Source: Camelus ferus (lineage: Eukaryota). Taken from it: a stretch of DNA of 64,000 nt. A program made the position numbers and the translations under genes. The stretch lies in the NCBI RefSeq assembly GCF_009834535.1, contig NC_045696.1, positions 7,752,001 through 7,816,000 on the forward strand, in the 5' to 3' direction. Positions 24,465 through 35,919 of the stretch are shown piece by piece. The notes beneath the pieces are model-generated. The model was not told where the DNA came from. It ran no database searches and worked only from the letters and a program-made list of their open reading frames with translations. Position 1 is the first letter of the stretch. Each line of letters opens with the position of its first letter.

Positions 24465-24635
24465 TTGGATTCAGCTCCCGGCTATGTCACCTCTTTGCTG
24501 TGTGACCATGGGCAAGTGGCTTAACCTCTCTGAACCTCAGGACCCTCCACAGTGAAAGGAGAATCATGAACATGAAACTCTCCCTCACTGGGTTGGCAAT
24601 GTATTTAATCACTTAAACTAGGGCCTGGTACACCT
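24465..24635. mobile_element. MIR SINE fragment
   Basis: Core GCTGTGTGACCATGGGCAAGTGGCTTAACCTCTCTGAACCTCAG. Confidence 0.7.
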
Positions 24636-24661
24636 GGTGTCCAAAGTCATGGAGAAATTTA

Positions 24662-25051
<390 letters not shown>

Positions 25052-25409
25052 TTACATCGCTCTGCAGATTGTCTTTCATTTAAACTAATACTGGTTTCGC
25101 CAATAAATCAAGTGCTAAAAGGCTCAGGGCTGGGGGAATGTTGATTTTGGAAACACAGAATGATCTTTTTTACCAGAAGAAAATCTTTGAACTCCTACCC
25201 AGTGCAGGATCTCACACTCGAGCTGGAATGGCCTTCTGAAACCATGGCTAGAAGGTTTGGGATGGCTTAAAATTTTACCCCTTTTCAAGGGGAAGCTTAT
25301 CTGGGGAGGGAACGTTGAGACTGACACTGGGAGAAGTTGCCGAGGTGAGAAAGAGCCCGCTCACTGAGGATTTGGGGGGGGGGGGGTAGTCCTATGTGAA
25401 CCTTTAAAA

Positions 25410-25900
25410 AATTATTGTGGTAAAATATGTGCAACATAAAATTCAATATTTTAACTATTTTTGTTTGTTCGTTTTTGGAGGGAGGTAATTAGATTTACTT
25501 ATTTATTTTTAATGAGGTACTGGAGCATTTTAACCATTTTTAAGTATTGTATGACCATCACACTTACATTTCTAGAACTTTTTCATCACCCCGATCAGAA
25601 ACTCTACCCATTAAGCAATAATTCCCCATTCCCTCCCCGCAAGCCCCTGGCAACCTCTATTCCACTTTCTACCTTTATGAATTCATCTGTTCTGGGTATT
25701 TCATCCAAGTGGAATGATACAGTATCTGACCTTTTGTGTCTGGCTTCTCTCACTTAACATGTTTCAAGGTTCATTCATGCTCTAACTTGCAGTAGCAGAA
25801 TGTCACTCCTTTTTATGACTGAATAATATTCTCTTCTATGTAGAGACCACATTTTATTTATCTGTTCACCTGACGATGGACACTTCAGTTGGTTCCACAT
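25410..25900 (-). mobile_element. L1M (L1MA/MB-type) 3' end fragment
   Basis: ATTGTGGTAAAATAT...TTTCTAGAACTTTTTCATCACCC...CCCCTGGCAACC...TTTTGTGTCTGGCTT...TCAAGGTTCATTCATG...GATGGACACTT. Confidence 0.8.
25463..25526 (-). mobile_element. 5'-truncated Vic-1-like SINE nested in L1
   Basis: GAGGTAATTAGATTTACTTATTTATTTTTAATGAGGTACTGG matches the SINE 3' half; TSD ATTTTAAC(T/C)ATTTTT at 25448-25462 and 25527-25541. Confidence 0.7.
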
Positions 25901-28309
25901 TCTGTCTCTCATGTGCGTGAGCCTGGAAGCCTCCGTTCCACACTGCTTCCTGGTATAGCTGTTCCCAGGATGATGCTACGATTGGGTGATTCCTACGGAT
26001 GGGATTTAGGGAATGGCTGGAGACGTTTCAGCCTCTTATCAGTGAAGGACTGTTTAAAGCCTCCAGAAAATAGTATAATAACACCCAAAGCCGTTGTGAC
26101 TAGAAAGTAAGCCTTAAGCTCACTGTGGAAATGGAAGCATCCTCCTGGTAATGGCTTATATGCTGTTAACCCCCTTTTGTTCTCATCCAGCCCCAGACAT
26201 ATTAATTTCCCACTTCAGCTCTTTGAAGAAAAGTGGCTCTCAGCATCCAAGTCTGCATCATCACTAGCCTGTAGGTGAAAATTGCATGTGGCCGTGGTAT
26301 CGCTTCCCAGGCTCTGGGCAACTGCACTGGGGACCGTGCCCCTGGAGGAAGGAGGTGGCCTGAACATCTTGGTGACAGATACTCAGGAACAGATGAAAGA
26401 GGGGGACAAGCGGGGATCCCCAAGCAAGTGAGGCTATGGCGAGATGTTGGTGGGGGCTGAGGACGGCCAGGACTGGGGGCTCTGCTGGCCCGGGTCTGAA
26501 ACGTTAGCTGTAAATTAAATGGGGGAAACCCGACCTCGCTTTCATTCCCTAACCCACTCCCCTTTCTGTTGAGTTCTGCACGGGCTTCGGGTCGTAAATC
26601 TCTGTGAGCCTCATATTTCCCTGGAATCACTCACTATTTGGTGTACACATTTCCATGGTGTTCCTCCAAGGCAGGAAGGAGCCGGGGCTCGAGGTGGGTA
26701 GTAAGGGAATTTGCACAGGCCAGAGCCTGTCAGGGCTCGGGGGACCTGTCCAAGGGCCACCTAGAACTTCAGGCCCCGTCGGAGCCTAACTCTGTGTGGC
26801 AGGAAAACTGAGACGTCTGGCTCCCCCCCAAAAAGAAAACCAGGCATCTCTATGGTGTGGGGATGAAAGAGGCTTCCCAGACCCTCTGGACGTAAAGTTT
26901 CAGAACAACAGCCCCGAACGTGTAAATGAATCAGAAACACATGTATTAAGTTTCTCATCAAAGTACACACTGGCTTTAAAAATTAAAGGGAAAGGGAAGG
27001 GTTGGCAGCACGCCCTCTTGGTTTTTTCCAACCCTCTAGTGTCTGAAGACCTGTCAGAGGGATTTGCCAAACCCCAAACATCGCTGGGTTCACCCATCCT
27101 TAGCAAAAGCACCAGCTACAGTTTCAAAGTGAAATACCACAAAACCCTTCTGAACCAAACTTCGGGTTATGCCGAGTTCAGTTTTGTCTGGGATTATGCT
27201 GGGCCAGGCCCACCATGCTGGCCCTGTGACTTGGGGCTGCTGGGTTTCAGGCCAACCCCTCACAGTGGCCTCTGGGGTTTGGATGTAGGCATTGATGTCA
27301 CCCCGCTGGGCTATTCTGCTGACCCCCTAGTACCAGGCCAGCTCCCCTGCCCCCGGCCCAGCGGCCTTTTAGAGACCACAGAGCTGCAGCCCCCTGAAGG
27401 CCAGAGAGTGAAGAGTTCTCCAGCATGTTTCTGACCCCCTTAAGCACCTCCTATATGACTGGGATTCAGAAAAACCTCAAAGCTTCCTGGTACTTAGCAG
27501 GGAGAAACTTCTTGGTCTTCTGTAGAGACAGGAAGTCTTCCTCAAGGTGGCTCACCTCGGGGGTATGGCCCGAAATAGAGGAAGGCTGGCATTTGGGAAA
27601 ACCCACATCCGACGCGCCCTTCGGGAGCAAGCTGGCCCCTGAGCTAACCTCGCGTACCTTCTTCTGTAACCTTCCATTTGCCTGTCATGTTTCAAAGCAG
27701 TGTGGGTTGAACAACTCAAGAAGACCTGAAAACTCTCTCTTGGGGAGACGCCCCTCTTCCCTCTTCTAGAGGCTTCACCAAGCCTCAGAGGCTTCTCCAG
27801 GGATGGTCAAGGGAAAACTAGGAGACAAAACGAGGGGGAAATTATACCCTCCCCAATTTCGGAAACAATGAACTTGGACACTGGGTTTTCTTGCTAAAAG
27901 TTGGCTTTTAGAATTGGCTCCCAAGTCTGGAAGAACCGCTCTCTCCCCCTTGCCCTGTGTGTGGCGGCTTCTTCCACACGCCCAGGCTCTGGGGCAGCTC
28001 GCCCCACTGCAGATGCCTCTGTCTCTACCACAGGGTAACAGTGCTTGTCGCTGGGCGGTGTCTGGCCCTCTGTGAGGTGCCGGCGTCCTTCCCCTGAGGA
28101 GTAATGTTTCCTCTTTGCCTGGACTTGCTGGGAGCATAGAACGACCTTGGAGGGCCAACCCCGTCACCTCTCTACCTCTGAACGGTTCTGAGACGCAGTC
28201 ACGATGAACTAAGGCTTGTTCTTCACCTCCCACCCCTAACCAGGTAAGTTTAGTTTTCCTTCATAAATAGTTAATGGTCAATTTTATAATCCAGGAGAAA
28301 ATACAAAGT

Positions 28310-28625
28310 CTTTGAAGGGAGACCCGGGTTGGAAACTCAATAATGCCAACCACTTATCTTTGGCCCAGGGCGAGATACCTAAACTCTCTCTAAAGTCTCA
28401 GTGTTTCAATTTAGAGAACGGAGAAAACAGTTCCACATACTGCACATGTAGGTGCGCTAGCACCGCGCCCTGGCCAGGACGCTATTACTTACTAGCTGTT
28501 TGACCATCGGTAAGTTTTCTCATCCCCTCCAAGATTCAGTTTCTTCATCTAAAAAATTGGACATAATAATGTTGCCCCTTCAGGACTGTCATAGGGGTTA
28601 AATTAGTTAATGTATTGAAAATGAC
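28310..28625. mobile_element. MIR SINE fragments
   Basis: TACTTACTAGCTGTTTGACC...CAGTTTCTTCATCT...ATAATAATG...GGGTTAAAT; a second core at 28350-28420. Confidence 0.6.
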
Positions 28626-28721
28626 AGCATTATACCATTGTAGACACACACTAAGTGATAAATTACATTGACCGTCTATGAAAAAAATGATCAACTTTAT
28701 GTTGTGTATATTTTACCACAA

Positions 28722-28857
28722 CTTTTGTTTTTTGGTGGGAGAGGTAATTAGATTTATTTATTTACTTTTTAATGGAGGTGCTGGGGATTGAACCAAGGAC
28801 CTTGTGCATGCTAAGCACACCACACTCTACCACTAAACTATACCTATACCTTCCCCT
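28722..28857 (-). mobile_element. tRNA-derived SINE (Vic-1-like)
   Basis: GAGGTAATTAGATTTTATTTATTT...GGAGGTGCTGGGGATTGAACC.AGGACCTTGTGCATGCTAAGCAC...CTCTACCACT.AACTATACC; reverse complement of the 18341 element. Confidence 0.85.
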
Positions 28858-29051
28858 CCACAAATTTAAAGAGTAAAAAGTGGGTAAAAAATAAGAGAAT
28901 CAATAAATCCTAGTTTCAGGACAGACAGGAAAAAAAAAATGTAACTTTTTCTTCCCAGAAAGCTCAGCTACACACACAAGCCAGGAGCGGGGTCTCTGAA
29001 CACTTATTCCTGTCTATACGGCCAAGGACTCTAAAAGCCCAAAAAGCAAAA

Positions 29052-29221
29052 AAAAAAAAAAAATTCTTTTGTATAGCACAAGAAAGTATGCTCAATATCT
29101 TGTCATAACCTTTAATGGAAAAAAATATGAAAATGAATATATGTATGGGACATTGTGTTGTACACCAGAAATTGACATATGGTAATTGTACTTCGATTAA
29201 AATAAATAAATAAATAAATGG
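29052..29221 (+). mobile_element. Short 5'-truncated L1 3' end with (TAAA)n tail
   Basis: GTATAGCACA...CAATATCTTGT.ATAACCTTTAATGGAAAA...TGTACACCAGAAATT; TSD CCAAAAAGCAAAA at 29039-29051 and 29222-29234. Confidence 0.75.
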
Positions 29222-30130
29222 CCAAAAAGCAAAATGACTCACCTTGCAGGCACATCAAGCTTCTCTCTCGCTTTTACCAATGCTTCACGGCTATTAGCAA
29301 GTTTCATCTTTCCTAACAGCCTTGTGGCAAGTGGAATGGGTGAAAATCTCCAAGCCCAAAGAGGCCCTGCGGGCCAGCAGCCTGCCCTAGGGGACGCACA
29401 CGCACCCCCTCCCAACCGCGGGCTTTCCTGAACCCCAGTGAACCAGCAAACCTGTGCCTCTGTCTCTCTCTGAAAAGAGATTCTTGTGTTGCTGGGCATT
29501 GTCAAGTGGCAGGCAGCTCTGGGGACACTGCAGTTTCGCCCTGTCTGTCAGCCAGAGCTGCGCCCCCAGCCCAGACTCCAGCAGGGGGGGCCTGCTGAGC
29601 TGTGGTCACACCTTCCCCTCTCCACGAGGGCCACCTCTGCTGGCTGCCTCAGCCCCGCGGTGACCGTCAGAGCCCGGCTTCCCGCCAGCCTGAGTTGGAA
29701 GCCTTCCCACAACACACACACGACTCAGAGTGGAAACTTTCTGTTTGTTTTAAAGTCCTACCAACTTGACAGAGATACGCGGCAGAACCCTGACGTCGTG
29801 CGCCTTCCAAAAAGGCAACGTTTGCCTACAACACAGATTTCCAGTTCCAACTCCAGTGAGATGATGAAAATACAAATAAAACAAAGTAAGTTTTATTTGT
29901 TTGTAAAGTAGCTCCAGTTCCGATAAGCTGGAGAAACTGGCTGCCCCCGAGTATTAAGATTGATACTAATTCCTTCAATTTTTGACCTGGTTTCACTAAA
30001 TCTCTTTGTCATTCCCATTCTTATTATGGCTTTTTCCTTGTCACATTTCGGTTTAAGAGTGTGGCTTCCAGGGATCAGTCTCCACCGTCGGTGTCTTCCA
30101 AAACTCTGCAGCAGCAGCTGCCAAGCTCAC

Positions 30131-30330
30131 CTGGAGTCCAGGAATATCAGCTTGAGGTCGAGGCTGGCCCTGAACATGAACATGTTGCCGTGCAGCTTGA
30201 TCTCGGTGATGGCGCTGGGTGGCAGCGCCTGGCCCACGGCCACCAGCCCCACGGTCTGGTAGCACGAGTCGTACAGGGACACATCCAGCATATACTGCCT
30301 GATCTTCAGGTAGCCACTGCAGTGGATGAC
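30131..30330 (-). CDS. SIM2: SIM2 exon 6
   Basis: ccccag|GTC ATC...TCC AG|gtgagc, 200 nt; [67 protein letters not shown]. Confidence 0.97.
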
Positions 30331-31214
30331 CTGGGGAAGCAGACACAGGGTCAGCCGGTGGCGGCCCAGGGGTTAGACCCGCACCCCCTCCTGCCGGCTC
30401 TGGGCCTGCTTGCTTTCCAGAATGTGCTGGAACACCCCCCAGCCCACCCTCTACTGAGCTATGGGGCCAACATGCTGACAGACGCCCGATTCACTGCTCA
30501 GAAGAAATGAACTAGGCTTCTTTCTTAGGAAACAAGATCACAATAAAATAGAAGTGTTGTTTAATGCAATTGATTGTCCTCGAGTAAGTCCCCCAGTTAA
30601 GACTCTCTCACATAGAATGGATTTATACATACTGAACTCATGGCCAAGTTGCAATTCCACGGCACAACAGAGGCATTTTGAGGAGCTAACCATTTGTTCC
30701 ATAATGTTCACTTCAGTAACTCTAATGCTGATCATCTCCCAACAGGATTGAATTTGGCAACTGTTACCTTGACATTTATATCATGTGACAAGCTGTATCA
30801 CTCCAGAAAATGAAGAATTCTTTCAGTCCGATCAAAAAAGTCCTCATTTTTAGTGTATTCTTGTTTTACTTTATTTACTTTATTTATAATTCAAGATTTT
30901 ACTTGCTTATAATAAGCAGAAGTCCGGAGTGGCTTTTTAGAAACACTAATGATTGTTATAGCCAAGAGTCTTGCAAGAGAGAATGTACCACATTCCAAAT
31001 ATCAAACAGAAACATTTGTACAGCCTTAAGCCTCGATATCAGAAGCATTTATACAAGTTACAGTCAGTAAAATCTTGAAAGGCTCATGTTCATCATAATA
31101 GCAGTGATGAACAGCGAAATCTTAAGTTCTCTCTTCAGAAAACTTTCCTCTAGGATTCCTGAATGCACTCACCATCCGTAGAGCTAGAACAAATCTTAAA
31201 ATCCTTGGAGCCTC

Positions 31215-31320
31215 TTCTCTCATTTGACTGATGGGGAAACTGAGGACAGCTGGGTTTTGCTTAAGATCAGACAGTGGGACTGTTAATAAGTGACAGAAAC
31301 AACTCAAGACCCAAGTCTCC
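31215..31320. mobile_element. MIR SINE fragment
   Basis: CTCATTTGACTGATGGGGAAACTGAGG...TTGCTTAAGATCAGACAG...AAGTGACAGA...AACTCAAGACCCAAGTCT. Confidence 0.6.
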
Positions 31321-32514
31321 AGAAGAACGTCTACTGGGCGCAGGGAGGTGCTGGAGGCTCCCCACGTCTGAGGCTTGGAGCCGGGGACAGCAGGTAAGAA
31401 ATGCATACCCCACACTAGGAAAGAGAGTTTGGTAAAGGTCAGAGGAAGAGCTGGGAGTGAGGCTCAAACATGGGGGCTGAGGAGAGGCTGGGGGTGGGGG
31501 AAGGCAGACCCTGGGATGGGAAGGAGGTGGGGGAGGGGCATTCCAGAAAGAGAGAACAAAGGACAAAGGCACAAAACTGTTCCCTCTCTCTTCACCCCAC
31601 CGCTCCCTCCTTTTACACAAATTCTGCTGCAGAAAGGCTGCCATCAGCCTCGAGCTCCAGAGTGATGGGCTCATGGCCTCTTTCCTCAGAGGCAGAACAG
31701 ACAGCAACTGCAGACGGAGGGAGGGTGGGGGGTTCTAGAGAGGGGTCAGAGGGGGGAGGAGGCTCAGTGAGGACTCCCCCCAACCCGCCCTTCCGTCTGG
31801 GAGTGGCCTACTGATGCTGGGGTACAATACTGCCCACAGCTCTTGGAGTTAGCCAGAGCAAGTGGTCACATATGGCAGAGAAACGCGGCCTGGAGGAGCG
31901 AGGGCTGGGCTCGAAGGCCCCCTCTGCCCCTTAGCCCATGTGCCCTTCGCTGGCACCTTCTCAGCTCTTGTCCTTGATTGTAGAATGGGGCCAATGACAC
32001 TCCTCTCATGGGGCTGCTCTGTCAGTTAACTCAATGAGATGCCACAGACAGAAGCTCTGCCCTCGGAATGGCTCTGTCATTACTCATGTATATCATCATT
32101 GTCATCACTGGATTTGGCCGAACTTTCTGGGAGCAAGAGCGACGTTTCTGTGCTCTGAGCACTCGCTGCCGACCCTGGATCCTGCCCTGGAGGGCAGAGT
32201 CTCATTGAAGTCTAGGGGTGGCTGTACAGTGGCACTGACCTGTGTGCAGAGTAGGAACTGCAGGTGCCAAGGTCAAATTTGACCCTTAGCCCGGTTTATT
32301 CCTGGTCTCAGACAACGCAATCCAGCCTGCCTGGAATATCCTTGTAAGACCCTGGCTCTCACACCTGCCGGGAGCAGCATCACTAGAAGAGTCTCCACTA
32401 GGCGGTAAAAAGCGCTTGGCCCCCCTGCTGCGCCGTCCTGCCTGCAGATGGCCTTGAATGTGAAGCGAAATTAAAGCACAAGGAAGGCCCACTGCCCCCT
32501 TCCCGCCCACGCAC

Positions 32515-32600
32515 CTTGTATCCGCTGCACGTCAGGCCGGCGTTTCTTTTGGCCAAGACACACTTCATTCGAAGGAAGAAGGACCTCTCTATCTCATACT
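32515..32600 (-). CDS. SIM2: SIM2 exon 5
   Basis: tttcag|AG TAT GAG...TAC AAG|gtgcgt, 86 nt; [29 protein letters not shown]. Confidence 0.97.
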
Positions 32601-33368
32601 CTGAAAGCAGGAGTGAGGTTAGGTTGGCAAACTGTCCCATGATGCCCTTGTCTCGCCCCGATGGTCCTTCAATAAACCCTTGGGACCTGGATCAGGCAGC
32701 CACAGGCCTCGTCCCAGGCCACCTGGACCCCCACCCAGAGAGCTTGTGTGGGTGGCCGGGACGCAGGTGGGTTGGGGAGACTGGCCCGGTCCTGCTGTGG
32801 CTCCCATGTGCTCTAGAAAGGGCAGCCCGGAACACGAGCCTAGCAAGGGCTTGGGAAACACCAACCTGCGGCCCAGGTGAGGGTCTACATGCAGAGGCCT
32901 GGCCTAACTTGACCCGCCTGTGGTCCCTTCTTGGTGGCCACAGAGAGGCCTGGTGTCAAGAGAATCACCTTGGTCAGCCCTGGGTGGGGCCGAGCCCACC
33001 AGGAAGCCCAGAAGCATCTGACATTCCCCAGGGGAGCAGATACTGAGTATAAGCCACCGATGCAGACCTCTACCCGGCTGAGGGCACCAGCCGCAGGGCC
33101 CCATGGGCACCGAGACGGCTCAGCAACATGAGATGGGGCACAGGACCCAGCAGACCCGGTCCCAGATTCAAGCCTTCACCTTCAGTTACAGCCCCGGATG
33201 GACCACCCCCTCCCCTCTCCCCACGCACCCTTCCCCGTCCACTCTCACTCTGGCTGGCCCAAAGCCTTCCGTTCACTCCTCTTGCAGGCCTCACACCCGA
33301 ATCTCTGATCTCACTATTGCAAATGCAAATGTCCTCTAAGGAAACACCCTCTGCATTTTTAAAAAAAA

Positions 33369-33490
33369 TTTTGGGGGGGGGGTGTAATTAGGTTTATTTA
33401 TTTATTTTTAATAGGGGTTCTGAGGATTGAACCCAGGACCTTGTGAATGCTAAGCACACACTCTACCACCGAACTCTACCCGCCCCCTCC
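33369..33490 (-). mobile_element. tRNA-derived SINE (Vic-1-like)
   Basis: GTAATTAGGTTTATTTATTT...GGATTGAACCCAGGACCTTGTGAATGCTAAGCACACACTCTACCACCGAACT. Confidence 0.85.
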
Positions 33491-35810
33491 ACTCTGCTTT
33501 AGGGAGCCGGACACCAGCAATCTGAGGCTCTGATGGCAGTGTCCGCCCCCCCCCCCGGGGTGAGAGTGAGGTCACTCCACGCTAAATAAACAGCCATTTG
33601 GTAGTGGTTAATAAATTAATTTTTAAAGAAACGTTACCGCTAGGAATGGAGCAGGGCCTTCCACCCCTCCCTGAGGGCATGCCCAGTGCAGGTAAGGGGA
33701 TGCCTCAGAGGTCTCCTCCTCCCCGAGTTGGAGGGGCTGCCGTATTTACCCACGACTGCTCTGCAGCAGGCTGGGGTCTGGGGGTGGAAGCTTCAATTCA
33801 ACAGGGTGGCCTGTCAGCCCCATTTCCAGATACACACACTCAGGTGTAAAAAGCATCACCTGGTAACAAATGATCCGGTTTAGGGGAGAGCCCACTTCTC
33901 ACACAATTACCATAGAACAACGGGGCCCGTTCAGTTGCAGAGAGCCAACTCTGCGAATGAGAAGTCAGGGAGAAAACTGAGCGCTGGTGATCCTCCAAGC
34001 CGGTGCACTCGGGTGGCTGTGGAAATGAGTCAGCGGACAACCCACCTCCCCTAGACCTTCTCCTCCTGTACTGCAGCTCCACCTCTGACGTGAACCGCAT
34101 GGAAAACTGGAAGGGTCTCAGGACAGTCCCAAGATTCATTGCTGTCATGTTCTATACACCTTTTTAAAGGCTTAGACGTGGAAGGATAAAATGAAACCAC
34201 AGCTAATGGCAGAACGCCTGTGCCATGCAATTAACACGCTGTGTAACTTTTAAAACAATAACAACAGGACGGTCTGAGGAATTCTCTGAGACTCCTGCAG
34301 TCTTTGTCCAGTTTTAAACAACCCCACAGTGAAAGAACTAAATTCAGGAGCAACGTCCTCTCATCACTCTCATTTTGTTAGACATTAATTCTTCAGAGCC
34401 TTATGCCTCTTCATTCCTGCCGTCAGACCATTTCTAAGGACTTAAGCACCAGGGGCCACAGCTACCCCCTAAGCCCACATCTCAGCTCAGAAACCAGCAT
34501 GCCAGTCTCTCTCCTTGGTAGACGCGTGGTGACTACTTCTGGGGCTAAAACACAGGAGCCACAGAGCTGGGTCTGCAAGGGGTTTGAAACTGAGGGATAC
34601 GGTTCTGTTCACTCCTCCTAGCCTTGGAATGACCCCTCCCAGAGGAATAAGGAAGAATGGAACCCACTTTATTCCCCCTGTGACTGGCTACCCCATTCTC
34701 ATCACTTTTGACATTTTTCCTTTTGCATTTCGTCTCACTGGGGAAGTTTGGCCAAGTTGGGACACCACAGTCCAGAGCAGACTAAAGACCCCTCGGTCAG
34801 CGTGCTGGTTGGTCTCACTGGACGGTCAGAGGGAGTTACAAGGCCAGGGCCCCTGGAATGAGTTCTTCTGCATCTCCCTAGCACACATCGCAGTGATGAG
34901 TTAAGGACTCTTGTGTCATGGTGTGCCCCACATCACAGCCACGCCATGTCTGTTCCAGAAGTGGGGAGCCAGTCAACACATGTTAAACCGTGGGACTGTG
35001 GGGGGAGGCTCTTGTCCCCATGGAGCCAGGCCAGCGAGATGGACCTGCCTCTTCCATCCAGACCAGGGCTTCTTAGCTGTCCTGTGCCTCAGCACAAACC
35101 CTGCAGATGCCCACTCAGAATAACGGTTCTTACTGCATAAAAATAAATGAGATTACAAAGGGGATCAACTGTATCCAAAAAGAATTACTGAAATATTCAA
35201 ACAAGTGGTGATATGGTTACAAATATGCTGCTTTATTAACACCTTAATAAACTGGAGCATAAACTCCAGAAATTTCAAAGTAGCGGTGAGCATGACTGAT
35301 ACGTTTAAATGCCTGCAACAACTGTAATGTGAAGTGAAAATACCTGTGATTTCTGTTGTAGGCGAAGCCCCAGGCACCAGGGACAGTAGGTGGCTTAGTG
35401 TCTACAATCTACAGGCAAGGGAAATACCAGATTCCAACTGGAAGGAATAAAGATGTAATTTTCGCATGCAATTTCGAGGCGCCCCTGAGTTCGATCCTCA
35501 GACCCTTTGTCAAAAGGCCCAGGTCTAGACCCGTGTTGCTGGAATTCTAAACCAAGAGCACCTGAGGGGAGAAGCCTTTGAGCACTCTTCTCTGTCTCCT
35601 GCCCACCGTCTCTTAGTCTCTGGCGCATGAAAGGGGGTCGGTAGTGTTGCTTTAAAGGACAGAGACATAAAAGAAACTCCCCCCTTGGTGGGCACTGTGT
35701 GTTTGCTGGAGGGGCCCTGGCTGGGCAGCTTGGGAAACCAAACCCTCAGGTTACAGCCAAGAGCCTCGTCTGGTGTTCATTCGGCTTTCTTTTTCGTCTG
35801 GAGGAAGTAC

Positions 35811-35919
35811 CTTGGAGCAGGTGGTGGTGAAGTGGCTGGTGGGCCGCCAGGACAGCCGTCATCTCGTCATGGTCGGAGGGGTGGATGTACTCGTAGATGC
35901 TGTTGCCCGTGAGCTCCAC
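35811..35919 (-). CDS. SIM2: SIM2 exon 4 (PAS-A)
   Basis: cggcag|GTG GAG...CAA G|gtactt, 109 nt; [36 protein letters not shown]. Confidence 0.97.

Noticed and set aside
26796..27434. 212-aa + strand ORF in SIM2 intron 6 (similarly 36143-36802, 52496-53155, 53191-53937, 60723-61337)
   Set aside because: No recognisable protein similarity, mostly non-ATG starts, and no supporting splice or poly(A) structure
30540..31100. AT-rich stretch that might be a decayed Charlie-type transposase end (AHVHH resembling QAHxSH*)
   Set aside because: A single short motif is too weak to call without a Dfam search
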